DNA from: an uncultured Ignavibacteriales bacterium
Lineage (GTDB): Bacteria > Zixibacteria > MSB-5A5 > GN15 > FEB-12
DNA length: 64,000 nucleotides
Reading direction: 5' to 3'
Assembly (NCBI GenBank): GCA_964464605.1
Contig: CAYXJN010000004.1
Location: 62,001 to 126,000 of the forward strand
A program made the position numbers and the translations under genes. Below the pieces are notes generated by a model. That model worked only from the letters and a program-made list of their open reading frames with translations, was not told where the DNA came from and did not search any database. Shown here in pieces: positions 1 through 10,426 of this stretch. Position 1 is the stretch's first letter; every line of letters starts with the position of its first letter.

Positions 1-56
1 CGTTGTTTACACGCATTCCCGTTTTTCCCTCTAAAATCAAACGGTTCCGATAGGGA

Positions 57-85
57 TTGACAGCCGAATTTCGGTTATCTATGTT
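57..85 (+). promoter_or_regulatory. Sigma70-type promoter; likely leaderless nfeD transcript
   Basis: TTGACA(57-62)-17 nt-TATGTT(80-85). The ATG at 92 is 7 nt after the -10 and there is no SD sequence. Confidence 0.6.
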
Positions 86-91
86 TTTCGT

Positions 92-1444
92 ATGAAACGG
101 GGTCGTCGACTCTTATTGGGGCTGTTGCTCTTCTGTCTTTTCGCACCGGTTTTATCCTTTGGTTTGCGGGCAATTCTCTATGCACAGGATTCACTGACTC
201 CCGATTCCGCAGTTGAAGCACTCAAACAAACGTATGCAAGACCGATTGTCTACACGATGGAAATCGACGGTGCGATCGGTACGGTAACCGTTGATCGCAT
301 CGCCGACGCTATCGACCGCGCGGAAAAAGATAAGGCCGAGCTTTTGGTTATTCTGTTGAATACTCCCGGCGGATTGACCAAATCCACCTGGTCAATCACG
401 ATGGACATGCTCAATTCACACGTTCCTATTTGTGTTTATATCGCTCCTTCCGGAGCCCGCGCCGGATCGGCCGGGGTGTTTATTACCTATGCCGCTAATT
501 TTGCCGCGATGGCTTCCTCGACCAATATCGGCGCCGCGCACGTCGTTTCAGGCGACGGACAAAAAATCGATTCGATCTTGAATGAAAAATTGACCAATGA
601 TGCCGTCGCCAGTATTAAAGCCTCTGCCCAAAAACGGGGGCGCAACGCCGAGTGGGCGGAACAGGCAGTGCGGGAATCGAAATCGATTACCGACAGCGAA
701 GCCTTAGCGCTGAACGTGATCAACTTCCGCGCAAAGAATTTAGATAGTCTCTTAAATAAATTGAATGGCCAAGTCGCGGAAACGCCGCGAGGAGCCGACA
801 CGCTTAACTTGGTCGATGCCGATGTTCGCCCTATTGCCGTCTCTTTTGTCGAAAAATTTCTGGAAATTATCACTCAGCCGGATATCGCCTTTATTCTGTT
901 CTCAATAGGCGGACTTGGGTTGGTGCTCGAACTGTACAATCCGGGTTCGATTCTACCCGGTGTGGTCGGTGCGATTTCATTGATTTTAGCGTTCTACGCC
1001 TTCCAAACCTTGCCGATCAACTATGCCGGTTTAGCTTTAATGGTATTAGCCGGAATACTGTTTATTGCGGAGATAAAAGTCATTTCGCACGGTCTGTTAA
1101 CTATTGGCGGCCTTATTGCGCTCTTTTTTGGCGGGTTGATGCTCTATGATTCCGTTGACCCGTCAATTCGGGTCGGTATGGATGTACTGATTACCGTCGT
1201 TTTGCTTATCGGCGTCAGTGTCGGCCTGGCCGGATGGTTAGTGCTCAAAGCGCAGCGCAGCAAGCCGTTCAGCGGGCAAGAAGGGCTGATTGGCAAAACA
1301 GCGGAGGTACGCGCAAACGGATTTATTTATGTCAGTGGTGCGCTCTGGAAAGCGGAAGCAGCTGAAACGCTGGAAGTAGGTGCAAAAGTAGAAGTGACAG
1401 GCGTGAACGGTCTTAAATTAAAAGTGAAGCGTATAGTTTCGTAA
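92..1444 (+). CDS. nfeD: NfeD-family membrane-bound ClpP-class serine protease (long form)
   Basis: [13 protein letters not shown] (catalytic Ser region), NIGAA, EKLTND (Lys), a multi-TM middle region and a C-terminal GxxWxA OB-fold. Directly upstream of a slipin gene. Confidence 0.93.
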   Translation: MKRGRRLLLGLLLFCLFAPVLSFGLRAILYAQDSLTPDSAVEALKQTYARPIVYTMEIDGAIGTVTVDRIADAIDRAEKDKAELLVILLNTPGGLTKSTWSITMDMLNSHVPICVYIAPSGARAGSAGVFITYAANFAAMASSTNIGAAHVVSGDGQKIDSILNEKLTNDAVASIKASAQKRGRNAEWAEQAVRESKSITDSEALALNVINFRAKNLDSLLNKLNGQVAETPRGADTLNLVDADVRPIAVSFVEKFLEIITQPDIAFILFSIGGLGLVLELYNPGSILPGVVGAISLILAFYAFQTLPINYAGLALMVLAGILFIAEIKVISHGLLTIGGLIALFFGGLMLYDSVDPSIRVGMDVLITVVLLIGVSVGLAGWLVLKAQRSKPFSGQEGLIGKTAEVRANGFIYVSGALWKAEAAETLEVGAKVEVTGVNGLKLKVKRIVS

Positions 1445-1461
1445 GAAACAAGGAGATAGAT

Positions 1462-2220
1462 ATGTTTGATTTTCCGGTCATTATTGTCGTTGTGTTCTTT
1501 GTCTTTTTGATTTTGGTCAATTCGATCAAAGTGCTCAAAGAGTATGAACGCGGCGTTATTTTCCGGCTTGGCCGCCTGATCGACACCAAAGGACCGGGGC
1601 TGATCCTGCTGGTACCGATTATCGATAAGATGGTACGTGTCGATTTGCGCGTGATTACCTACGATGTCCCGCCGCAGGATATCATCACCCGCGATAACGT
1701 TTCGGTCAAAGTGAATGCTGTGCTGTATTTTCAAGTCATTGATCCGAATAAAGCAATTGTGTCAGTGTCGAATTTCTTTGAAGCGACTTCGCAGATTGCC
1801 CAAACCACACTCCGTTCTGTGCTTGGCCAACAAGAGATGGATGATTTGCTGGCAAACCGTGACAAGATCAATGCCGAACTGCAGCAGATTATTGATCAAC
1901 AGACTGAACCATGGGGTGTGAAGGTGTCGGTGGTCGAAGTGAAAAACGTCGACTTGCCGCCCGATATGATTCGCGCGATGGCCAAACAGGCGGAAGCGGA
2001 ACGTGAACGCCGCGCCAAAGTCATTCATGCTGACGGTGAGTATCAGGCTGCCGGTAAGTTAAGCGAAGCGGCGATGGTGATTGCCAAAAATCCGGAAGCG
2101 TTGCAGCTTCGTTTTCTGCAGACTCTCACTGAAATTGCCGCAGAGAAAAACTCGACGATTCTTTTCCCGGTGCCGATCGATGTTATCAAGTACTTTATGC
2201 AGGATCGTCCGAGAAGCTGA
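1462..2220 (+). CDS. Slipin/stomatin (SPFH/Band 7) family protein
   Basis: N-terminal [55 protein letters not shown]. Confidence 0.95.
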   Translation: MFDFPVIIVVVFFVFLILVNSIKVLKEYERGVIFRLGRLIDTKGPGLILLVPIIDKMVRVDLRVITYDVPPQDIITRDNVSVKVNAVLYFQVIDPNKAIVSVSNFFEATSQIAQTTLRSVLGQQEMDDLLANRDKINAELQQIIDQQTEPWGVKVSVVEVKNVDLPPDMIRAMAKQAEAERERRAKVIHADGEYQAAGKLSEAAMVIAKNPEALQLRFLQTLTEIAAEKNSTILFPVPIDVIKYFMQDRPRS

Positions 2221-2224
2221 GCTT

Positions 2225-2253
2225 TTGACAAGTAATTGAAAAGATGGTATGCT
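2225..2253 (+). promoter_or_regulatory. Sigma70 promoter for dCMP deaminase (with extended -10)
   Basis: TTGACA(2225-2230)-17 nt-TATGCT(2248-2253), preceded by TGG. Confidence 0.7.
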
Positions 2254-2256
2254 TAG

Positions 2257-2287
2257 ACCCTGTCACGACGATGTGGCAGGGTTTTTT
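2257..2287 (+). terminator. Intrinsic terminator of nfeD-slipin
   Basis: ACCCTGTCAC-gacgat-GTGGCAGGGT stem (one G-U pair) followed by a T-run. Confidence 0.75.
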
Positions 2288-2313
2288 ATAGACAAGGAAA
2301 GGCGAGGCAATTC

Positions 2314-2805
2314 GTGCAGCATAAACGTGAAGATTACATCAGTTGGGAAGACTATTTCATGGCCATTGCCCAGCTTTCGGCCAAACGCTCCAAAGACCCG
2401 AACACGCAGGTAGGAGCATGTATCGTCAATGCGAAAAAACGGATTATCGGTATCGGCTATAACGGATTTCCGACCGGCTGTGATGATGACCAGCTACCGT
2501 GGGGACGGGAGGGGGAATATCTGGATACGAAATACCCCTATGTCTGTCACGCCGAGATGAATGCGATTACTAATTCATCGAATAAGCCGGAATTAGACGG
2601 CGCGACGATGTATGTATCCCTTTTCCCATGTAACGAATGCGCCAAGCTTATCGTGCAAGTAGGAATCAAAGAAGTGGTGTATTTGAATGATAAATATCAT
2701 GATGAAAATATCTTTGTCGCCGCCCGCCGGATTTTTGAATTGGCGCGGGTCAAACACCGGAAGTTAGAGCCGAAAAACAAAGAGCTTTCTATTCGGATGG
2801 AATAG
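2314..2805 (+). CDS. dCMP deaminase (ComEB/DCTD family)
   Basis: [17 protein letters not shown] and the HAEMNA...PCNEC zinc motifs. GTG start. Confidence 0.93.
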   Translation: MQHKREDYISWEDYFMAIAQLSAKRSKDPNTQVGACIVNAKKRIIGIGYNGFPTGCDDDQLPWGREGEYLDTKYPYVCHAEMNAITNSSNKPELDGATMYVSLFPCNECAKLIVQVGIKEVVYLNDKYHDENIFVAARRIFELARVKHRKLEPKNKELSIRME

Positions 2806-2817
2806 AAAGCTCTTTGT
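2773..2817 (-). terminator. Perfect 18-bp hairpin; probable terminator of the minus-strand FG-GAP gene
   Basis: ACAAAGAGCTTTCTATTC(2777-2794)-ggatg-GAATAGAAAGCTCTTTGT(2800-2817). A T-run follows on the - strand. Confidence 0.6.
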
Positions 2818-2836
2818 AAGTATCTACTATAATCTA

Positions 2837-4936
2837 TCAGTTAGCAGGACAGGCAGTCGGGGCGGGGCCGGAGGCAAAGAGATAACTGACTAATCTCGTC
2901 AGGTCGGCAATAGTAATACTGCCGCTGCCGTTCACATCCGCTTCCATTTCACAATTCGGTAATGGGCCGTTGTTGAACATGAAACTTACCATATAGACAA
3001 GGTCAGCAATGGTCGGCGTTTCATCGGTGCTGCCGTTCGCGTTGCCACGCGTGCCGATACAGCATGCGCTGATATATGCCGCCTTGGTCGGAGAATATTC
3101 AGACCATTGCATACCATCGAAACTCCGGTACCGCCAATAGTACACTGATTCATTATTAAGGGTGGATGCAGGAATAAATGTCGGCTGGGTGAGTGTGTTA
3201 TTGTCATACAGTGGGGCACGGAAATCATGGTAGGGGTCTATTTGAATCTGGTATGCAACCGCACCGGAAACAGTCGGCCATTTGAATGTCGGCTGCGCCG
3301 TGCCGGTAGCAATGCCATTACGCGGTTGGATCGAAGAATTGTAACTATTGGTATACTGAAGCACCATGCTGTCATTCGGTGAGCCGCCGGAGAAACCGGT
3401 ATAATTGAGCGCTAATATCGCTTCCGGACGGTTTGGCACGTTAACTCGCACTGAAAATGGTGTTCCATCCAAGGCAATCGGGCTTGGACGTGCTATTACT
3501 GTATACGTACCTGCTTGTGCGGCGCGGTCGATCAATCCTTCATCAAGCGTAGTATTGTAATCGATATCGCGGCGCATATAGGTGGCGTTGGCAATTGATC
3601 GTTTCATGCGGCTGAACATGTTACCCGTTGGATTTTGAATTTCCAGCCGAACGGCTTGTACATTGGCCGCTGCAGCAGAACGAAATGAAGAGCCCGACAA
3701 TCCTGAGAACAGAATTTCGTTTCCGGTCACTAAAAGGTCTTCTTGGTTGTTGTATAAAATCGTGATTGGATTTGCCCCGAAATTATACGGACCGACAACA
3801 AAATCGATATTACCGTCAAGATCTATGTCAGCAGGGCTCATTGGCAAGGCAGCGATATGACACGGGTGAGGTGCAACGGTTAATTCAGAAAAACTGCCTG
3901 TGCCGTCGCCGTACAGAATTGCCAAATGTGGGCCGAGGCCACCGGCATTTGCCCCGCCTGCAGACACGATATCCATGTGGTTGTCACGATTGACATCGAC
4001 TGCTTCAACAAACCAGTGGTATCCGGTTACACGAACGGTATCAACCGATGTGATATTACCGTTTCCGTCTCCAAAGCCGATTGAGATAAAGCTCTTGGGC
4101 GGATCAATGAAACCGACCAGAACAAAATCGACGTTGCCATCTTCATTGAAATCAGCAAGCCCGTTAGCCGTCGACATGCGCGGTGAGCCGCCGGGTGCGA
4201 AAGCAACCTCAGAACGTGTAAATCCTCCGCTGCCGTTATTCAAATAAATCGCGGCACTATCCTTAATGATTCCTCCGGGTTTGCAGGCGATGTCGTCTAT
4301 GCCGTCTTCGTCGAAATCTCCAACAGCTGATCCTTCAATGCCGAAAGTAAGAATAGATGAATCAGGAAAGTTACCAGTACCGTCCCCAAAGTTAAGTACT
4401 GATCGGTTCAGGCTGCCAAAAGCATGATAAATGATATCCAAATACGCATCACCATTGAAGTAGCCGGTAAGAATAACGGGTATATTAAAGAGGGGAAATG
4501 GCATAGGAAATGTATTAGTGGTGAATGTTTCATCCCCATTGTTGAGCATTACTCGCCAATTGACATCTGAAAGGGCGGTATCGTTTGAAGTTACTACGAT
4601 AATATCGAGCAAGGTATCGGCATCCACATAATCTACAGCAATAGTTGCTGCTGGCATGATGCTGTCTAAAATTCTGGTAGGAGTATCGAAGGTAGCAAAA
4701 GAATTACCAAACGCGACATATACGCCGCTTTCCGATCCTTGAAATCCTGTGGCAAAAACCAGATCAACATACGCATCATCGTTTAAGTGACACGCTTTAA
4801 GTGAGAATACATCAAACTCATGTTCCTGATGAAAAGAAAATAGGGTACTGTCGATAACCGTTGCCTGTGAAATGACCGAACAAAACCAAAACGAAACTAG
4901 CACTGAAAGATAGGAAATGAACCTCTGAGACTTCAT
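2837..4936 (-). CDS. Secreted FG-GAP/VCBS-repeat beta-propeller protein with C-terminal dockerin-like domain
   Basis: Signal peptide, about 7 D(F/V)(N/D)xDGxxD repeats with GDGTGxF linkers, an FN3-like YYWRYR segment, and a duplicated EF-hand-like C-terminus (GNANG...TIADLVYMVSFMF / ADVNGSGSITIADLTRLVSYLF). Confidence 0.85.
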   Translation of the reverse strand: MKSQRFISYLSVLVSFWFCSVISQATVIDSTLFSFHQEHEFDVFSLKACHLNDDAYVDLVFATGFQGSESGVYVAFGNSFATFDTPTRILDSIMPAATIAVDYVDADTLLDIIVVTSNDTALSDVNWRVMLNNGDETFTTNTFPMPFPLFNIPVILTGYFNGDAYLDIIYHAFGSLNRSVLNFGDGTGNFPDSSILTFGIEGSAVGDFDEDGIDDIACKPGGIIKDSAAIYLNNGSGGFTRSEVAFAPGGSPRMSTANGLADFNEDGNVDFVLVGFIDPPKSFISIGFGDGNGNITSVDTVRVTGYHWFVEAVDVNRDNHMDIVSAGGANAGGLGPHLAILYGDGTGSFSELTVAPHPCHIAALPMSPADIDLDGNIDFVVGPYNFGANPITILYNNQEDLLVTGNEILFSGLSGSSFRSAAAANVQAVRLEIQNPTGNMFSRMKRSIANATYMRRDIDYNTTLDEGLIDRAAQAGTYTVIARPSPIALDGTPFSVRVNVPNRPEAILALNYTGFSGGSPNDSMVLQYTNSYNSSIQPRNGIATGTAQPTFKWPTVSGAVAYQIQIDPYHDFRAPLYDNNTLTQPTFIPASTLNNESVYYWRYRSFDGMQWSEYSPTKAAYISACCIGTRGNANGSTDETPTIADLVYMVSFMFNNGPLPNCEMEADVNGSGSITIADLTRLVSYLFASGPAPTACPAN

Positions 4937-5048
4937 GTTCGTACTCCTGCTGTATGTTTTGTGCGAAAAAAAACTGGATGGAAAGGCGTCGCAGGCGCAT
5001 ACGGACCCCTGCGTTTTTTACAACGCCGTGAAAAAGTTGAACGATTGC

Positions 5049-5077
5049 AGTATAGTTCTTTGGTAATTAGTTGTCAA
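5049..5077 (-). promoter_or_regulatory. Near-consensus sigma70 promoter for the FG-GAP gene
   Basis: Minus strand TTGACA(5077-5072)-17 nt-TATACT(5054-5049). Confidence 0.75.
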
Positions 5078-5251
5078 ATCTAATTTTATAGAGGGAAATT
5101 CAGCCGGAAACCGCGATTTGATAGATTTTACCATACCCACGAATTGCCGTCTGCGTTTTACAAAAATTCCTTTTCTTTTCACGGCTTCACCCCTTAATTG
5201 GCCGCTTACTTTTTTGCAATAGATGCTAACAACGCAACAGGAGAGCGATAT

Positions 5252-6571
5252 ATGACCAAAACAAGGGAAGATGTACTCAGGCTTATCGATGAAAATGAGG
5301 TGCAGTATGTTCGCATGTGCCTTACCGACATTTTAGGCCGGGTCAAAGGGATGGATATCACCCGTTCTGAAATCGAAGCAGTGCTCGATCAAGGACAGGG
5401 ATTCGATGGTTCTTCAGTACAGGGGTTTGCCCGAATCGATGAATCCGATTTGATGGCGATTCCGGATCCGAAAACGTTTCGCGTGATGCCGTGGGAAATC
5501 GATGGTATGCGCGTCGCCTTAATGTTCTGCGACATTCAAACTCCGGATGGTAAGCCGTACGACGGCGACCCCCGCTGGATTCTGCAGAAGACGCTGAAGA
5601 AACTGAAAAATCAGACCTTCTATGTCGGACCTGAACTTGAGTATTTTTATTTCAAAAACTCCGGTGGTCCGGAAATTATCGATCAGGACGGTTACTTCGA
5701 CTATATGTCCGAAGATTTGGGCACGCAGGTGCGTACCAAAACCGTTAACGCGCTGGAACGGATGAATATCCCGGTTGAATGCTCGCACCATGAAGTAGCT
5801 CCGTCGCAGCATGAAATCGATCTGAAGTATCAGGAAGCATTGGTCATGGCGGACTTCGTGCAGATTTATCGCTCAATCGTCAAAGAAGTCGCGCTTGCCA
5901 ACGATCTGTATGCCACCTTCATGCCGAAGCCGATTTTCGGAGAAAACGGTTCCGGTATGCATTGTCATATGTCACTCTTCGAAGGGGACAAGAACCTGTT
6001 CTTCGATCCGAAAGGGGAATACAACCTTTCGGCAACCGCCCGTCATTTTACGGCCGGTATTTTGAAACATGTTAAGGAAATCAATCTTGTCTTGAATCAA
6101 TGGGTCAATTCGTACAAACGTCTTGTCCCCGGCTACGAAGCTCCGGTGTACATCGCATGGGGACAGCGTAACCGCTCCAGCCTTGTTCGCGTACCGCGCT
6201 ATCGTGTCGGTAAAGAAAAGGCGACCCGTATTGAACTTCGTTCACCGGATCCGGCCAGCAACCCGTACCTGGTGTTTGCGCTCATGCTTGCGGCCGGTAT
6301 GAAGGGTGTTGAAGGAAAATATGAACTGATGCCGGCGATGGAAAAGAACATTTTCCATATGTCTGCCGAAGAAAAGAAAAAAGAAGGCATCGACGCACTT
6401 CCGGGTTCATTGCTGGAAGCGATCGAATTGATGGAAGGTTCCAAGCTGGCCAAAGAAACACTGGGTGACCACGTATTTAACAAACTGCTTGAGAACAAGA
6501 AGATGGAATGGGATCGGTTCCGTATTCACGTTTCGAAATACGAAATCGAAAACTATCTCCCGATGTTGTAA
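5252..6571 (+). CDS. glnA: Glutamine synthetase type I (GSI-alpha-like)
   Basis: FDGSS, GPELEY, HHEVAPSQHEI, FMPKP..GENGSGMH, RLVPGYEAP, RIELRSPD. Start moved from the track's TTG at 5198 to ATG 5252, after a GGAGAG RBS. Confidence 0.95.
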   Translation: MTKTREDVLRLIDENEVQYVRMCLTDILGRVKGMDITRSEIEAVLDQGQGFDGSSVQGFARIDESDLMAIPDPKTFRVMPWEIDGMRVALMFCDIQTPDGKPYDGDPRWILQKTLKKLKNQTFYVGPELEYFYFKNSGGPEIIDQDGYFDYMSEDLGTQVRTKTVNALERMNIPVECSHHEVAPSQHEIDLKYQEALVMADFVQIYRSIVKEVALANDLYATFMPKPIFGENGSGMHCHMSLFEGDKNLFFDPKGEYNLSATARHFTAGILKHVKEINLVLNQWVNSYKRLVPGYEAPVYIAWGQRNRSSLVRVPRYRVGKEKATRIELRSPDPASNPYLVFALMLAAGMKGVEGKYELMPAMEKNIFHMSAEEKKKEGIDALPGSLLEAIELMEGSKLAKETLGDHVFNKLLENKKMEWDRFRIHVSKYEIENYLPML

Positions 6572-6589
6572 TGAGTCGATTGTAGTTTC

Positions 6590-6627
6590 AAGCCGGGTAT
6601 CTTACGATGCCCGGCTTTTTGTTTTTT
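6590..6627 (+). terminator. Intrinsic terminator after glnA
   Basis: AAGCCGGGTATC-ttac-GATGCCCGGCTT followed by T-tracts. Confidence 0.85.
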
Positions 6628-6680
6628 AAACGATATTCGGTGTTTGCCCTTACCCGTGGCTGTAACGTATATTGAGGTTT

Positions 6681-8114
6681 ATGTCCGACTACAAGAAACT
6701 AACCGCCGTTGAAATCGCGAAAAAAGTTCGCACCAAAGAACTCAAAGCGGCTGATCTGGCTGCTGAAGCGCTCCGCCTTGCGAAAAGTGAGGGGAAAGAG
6801 CTTAATGCGTTTATCACCCTCTGCGAAGAGAAGGCGATAAAGCAGGCGAAACTCGTTGATGAACGCGTCGCGCGAGGTGAACAGCTTGGTCCGATGGCCG
6901 GCGTTCCGGTTGCAATCAAAGACAATATCTGTTATCAGGATTATCCAACCACCTGCGCATCGAAAATTCTCCCGAATTATGTTTCTCCGTACGATGCCAC
7001 GGCAGCGATTCGATTGATGAGCGCCGGAGCGGTGATTATTGGTAAAACGAATCTCGATGAATTCGCGATGGGTTCATCGAATGAAAACTCCGCGTTCGGG
7101 CCGGTAAAAAATCCGGTTAATCATGCCTATGTTCCGGGCGGCTCATCCGGCGGATCGGCGGCAGCAGTCGCGCAGGGGATTGTGCCGATAGCGTACGGTT
7201 CTGAAACGGGCGGTTCGGTGCGCCAACCGGCATCGCTCTGCGGTATTTATGGACTCAAGCCGTCATACGGAGCGATTTCTCGGTATGGCTTAGTCGCATT
7301 TGGCTCATCGCTCGATCAGATATCCCCGTTTGCTCGCACAGCCGAAGATTGTGCGCTCGCCTTTGAAATTCCCTGCGGGGTCGATTCGTTTGATTCAACA
7401 TCCGTAACGTTCGATCATCCGGAGTATTCAAAACAGGTAGCATCGACCAAGAAATTCAAAATTGGTATTCCGAAAGAATATTTCGCCGCCGGTTTAGATC
7501 CGGAAGTGAACAAAATCGTTCAGGAAGCAAAAGCGAAACTTGAAAAAGAAGGGCATACTTTCGTTGACGTTTCGCTACCAATGAGCGACAAAGCTATCGC
7601 TGTCTATTACATCGTCGCCTCTGCGGAAGCATCATCCAACCTTGCTCGTTACGATGGCGTCAAATACGGATTGCGGGAGGGCGCTGACAAAGACCTGCTC
7701 GGTATGTACGGCCAGACCCGCACTAAGGGATTCGGCGCCGAAGTAAAACGGCGTATCATGCTCGGAACGTATGTGCTTTCCTCTGGTTATTATGATGCGT
7801 ATTACCGGAAAGCATCTCAGGTACGTGAACTGATGCGTTTGGAATTTGAAAGTGTGTTCAAACAAGTCGATCTGTTGATTTCACCAACTTCGCCGACACC
7901 GGCATTTAAGCTGGGTGATAAAGTAACTGACCCGCTTGCTATGTATCTGTCCGATATCTACACCGCTCCCGCCAATTTAGCTGGTATTCCGGCGATTTCC
8001 GTTCCGTTCGGCAAAGTTGCGGATGGCCGTCCGGTAGGAGTGCAGTTTATTGCCCCGTATTTGCACGAATCGAGTCTTTTCCAGATAGCGCACGCCTTAA
8101 AGCCGACGGTTTAG
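6681..8114 (+). CDS. gatA: Asp/Glu-tRNA amidotransferase subunit A
   Basis: Amidase signature KDN...[13 protein letters not shown]...[11 protein letters not shown]...[12 protein letters not shown], plus [11 protein letters not shown] and [14 protein letters not shown] 6681 preferred over TTG 6672. Confidence 0.96.
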   Translation: MSDYKKLTAVEIAKKVRTKELKAADLAAEALRLAKSEGKELNAFITLCEEKAIKQAKLVDERVARGEQLGPMAGVPVAIKDNICYQDYPTTCASKILPNYVSPYDATAAIRLMSAGAVIIGKTNLDEFAMGSSNENSAFGPVKNPVNHAYVPGGSSGGSAAAVAQGIVPIAYGSETGGSVRQPASLCGIYGLKPSYGAISRYGLVAFGSSLDQISPFARTAEDCALAFEIPCGVDSFDSTSVTFDHPEYSKQVASTKKFKIGIPKEYFAAGLDPEVNKIVQEAKAKLEKEGHTFVDVSLPMSDKAIAVYYIVASAEASSNLARYDGVKYGLREGADKDLLGMYGQTRTKGFGAEVKRRIMLGTYVLSSGYYDAYYRKASQVRELMRLEFESVFKQVDLLISPTSPTPAFKLGDKVTDPLAMYLSDIYTAPANLAGIPAISVPFGKVADGRPVGVQFIAPYLHESSLFQIAHALKPTV

Positions 8115-8115
8115 T

Positions 8116-8934
8116 ATGCCGTATGCAAATCTGGAAGGACATCGTCTACATTACACGATATCTCCTTCTGACCAAGTAGATCATTCACTTCCGACTGTAA
8201 TTTTTCTTCACGGCTTCACGCTCGATCATCGGATGTGGCAATCGCAGATTCCGCTCGCAACCGAGTTTGGAAATAAACGCAATATCATTGCTCTTGATGC
8301 TCTGGGGCATGGTCGTTCCGATGCGCCGGAAACAGGCTATAGCCGGGCGCATCGTATTGAGGATGTCCGCCAATTCGCTGACGCGCTTGGTATCGAGCGG
8401 TTTCATTTGGTTGGACATTCGATGGGTGGCGCGACAGCGATTGGGTTTGCATTGAAACATCCGGAGCGATTACTATCGATGACACTTATCTGTTCCGGAG
8501 CGGCAGGGTATAGCCCCGGCAAATGGGTCGATCATGTGTTCGATATGGCCAAAACGGATACCGACGCCGCAAAACAGAATTGGATAACCAACTCGCTGAA
8601 GTATTTTTCCTCCCCGGATGGTGAAGCGGTGCGAACGGCGATGGAAACGATGATGACTGAACATTCCGGCGCGTTCTGGCGGGATAAAATGCGGGGGAAG
8701 TATCCGCCCGTTACTCCGGATTTGGAATTAGTGCACGGGATAACTGTTCCAACGTTCATTCTCATAGGGGAATACGACAAAAAATTTATCCCTTTAGCCG
8801 AGCAAATGCATGAAAAAATCAAAGGAAGTCGGCTTACGATATATGAAAACTGCGGACATATGCTCCCTATGGAGAAACCAGAGCAATGTAACCGGGATTT
8901 AGGAGATTTTTTTACTGAAATAGAGCAGAGATAG
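8116..8934 (+). CDS. Alpha/beta fold hydrolase
   Basis: FLHGF, GHGRS, nucleophile elbow GHSMGG, C-terminal GH. Confidence 0.9.
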   Translation: MPYANLEGHRLHYTISPSDQVDHSLPTVIFLHGFTLDHRMWQSQIPLATEFGNKRNIIALDALGHGRSDAPETGYSRAHRIEDVRQFADALGIERFHLVGHSMGGATAIGFALKHPERLLSMTLICSGAAGYSPGKWVDHVFDMAKTDTDAAKQNWITNSLKYFSSPDGEAVRTAMETMMTEHSGAFWRDKMRGKYPPVTPDLELVHGITVPTFILIGEYDKKFIPLAEQMHEKIKGSRLTIYENCGHMLPMEKPEQCNRDLGDFFTEIEQR

Positions 8935-8939
8935 TCCGT

Positions 8940-8968
8940 TTGACGTGGGCGATTTGCCGCTCTATATT
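8940..8968 (+). promoter_or_regulatory. Sigma70-type promoter for gatB-purN-purC-purH
   Basis: TTGACG(8940-8945)-17 nt-TATATT(8963-8968). Confidence 0.6.
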
Positions 8969-8980
8969 CACCCCCTTATT

Positions 8981-10426
8981 ATGATACACGACGGATTTGA
9001 ACCGGTAATCGGGCTGGAAGTTCACGCCCAACTGTCGACCGACAGCAAGATATTCTGCGGCTGCCGGATGAGTTTCGGCGAAGAGCCGAACACGTCCACA
9101 TGCCCTGTCTGTCTCGGTCTGCCGGGCGCCTTGCCGGTGCTGAATAAAAAAGCGGTAGAATATGCCGCTAAAATGATTCTCGCCTCTGGCGGCAGTGTGC
9201 GGTTGCACTCGGTATTCTCCCGCAAAAACTACTTTTACCCTGACCTTCCCAAAGGATACCAGATTTCACAGTTCGATTTACCGATCGGTGAAGAGGGTTC
9301 AGTCAATTATCGCCTCGACGATGGTGAATATAAATCGGTCAGGCTGAAACGAATCCACTTGGAAGAGGATGCCGGCAAATCAATCCATCCCGAAGCAGGG
9401 GAACCATTCACCCGTATTGATCTCAACCGCTGCGGCTCGCCGTTGATTGAAATCGTTTCAGAACCGGATATCCGCAGCCCACAGGAAGCATACGGGTATT
9501 TGGTCAAACTGAAACAGTTACTGCAATACACGGATGTCTGCACTGGCGATATGGAAAAAGGGCATTTGCGCTGCGATGCGAACGTTTCGGTGCGCCCGGT
9601 CGGAGAATCGAAATTCGGCACCCGCACTGAACTGAAAAACATGAACTCATTCAAAGCGGTCGAAAAAGCGATACAGTTTGAAATCGAGCGTCAGGTGCGG
9701 GATATCAAATCCGGCAAACTGATTCAACAGATGACGCTTTTGTGGAATGAGAAAAAGAATGTCGCCGAAGCGATGCGCTCTAAAGAGGAATCGCACGATT
9801 ATCGTTATTTCCCCGAACCGGATTTGCTTCCGTTAACTGTTACGCAGGCATGGGTGGATGGCGTGCGGGCATCATTGCCGGAACTTCCTGATCCGAAAAT
9901 CAAACGGTTTCAATCGCAATACGGTATTCGTGAGTATGATGCCGAAGTGTTGAGCGCGAGTATTCCGCTCGCTTCGTACTTTGAAGAAGTCATGAACGGT
10001 TTCGATGACGGCCAGATGGCCGCCAATTGGATCGGCACGGAATTGCTCGGCACGATCAACGCGACCGGTGAAGATATTGAGACGTACAAAATTCGTCCTA
10101 AGATGATAACCGATTTATTGAAGCGCACCAAATCTGGCGAGATTTCAGGGAAGATTGCCAAAATCGTCTGGGCGGAAATGATTGAAACCGGCAAAGACCC
10201 GGCGACAATCGTAAAAGAAAAAGGATTAGTACAAATTTCTGATCCATCTGCGTTGAAACCGGTGATCGAAAAAATTATCGCTGATAATCCGGATAATGTC
10301 GCGAAGTATAAGAGTGGCAAAACCAATCTGTTCGGCTTTTTTGTCGGTCAGGTTATGAAAGCGACCAACGGACAGGCGAATCCGGAACTGACCAATCAAC
10401 TGCTCAAAGAAAAACTGGATGGCTAA
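8981..10426 (+). CDS. gatB: Asp/Glu-tRNA amidotransferase subunit B
   Basis: VIGLEVHAQL, CLGLPGALP, RKNYFYPDLPKGYQISQ, HLEEDAGK, LRCDANVS, DYRYFPEPDL. ATG 8981 preferred because the promoter overlaps GTG 8945. Confidence 0.96.
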   Translation: MIHDGFEPVIGLEVHAQLSTDSKIFCGCRMSFGEEPNTSTCPVCLGLPGALPVLNKKAVEYAAKMILASGGSVRLHSVFSRKNYFYPDLPKGYQISQFDLPIGEEGSVNYRLDDGEYKSVRLKRIHLEEDAGKSIHPEAGEPFTRIDLNRCGSPLIEIVSEPDIRSPQEAYGYLVKLKQLLQYTDVCTGDMEKGHLRCDANVSVRPVGESKFGTRTELKNMNSFKAVEKAIQFEIERQVRDIKSGKLIQQMTLLWNEKKNVAEAMRSKEESHDYRYFPEPDLLPLTVTQAWVDGVRASLPELPDPKIKRFQSQYGIREYDAEVLSASIPLASYFEEVMNGFDDGQMAANWIGTELLGTINATGEDIETYKIRPKMITDLLKRTKSGEISGKIAKIVWAEMIETGKDPATIVKEKGLVQISDPSALKPVIEKIIADNPDNVAKYKSGKTNLFGFFVGQVMKATNGQANPELTNQLLKEKLDG

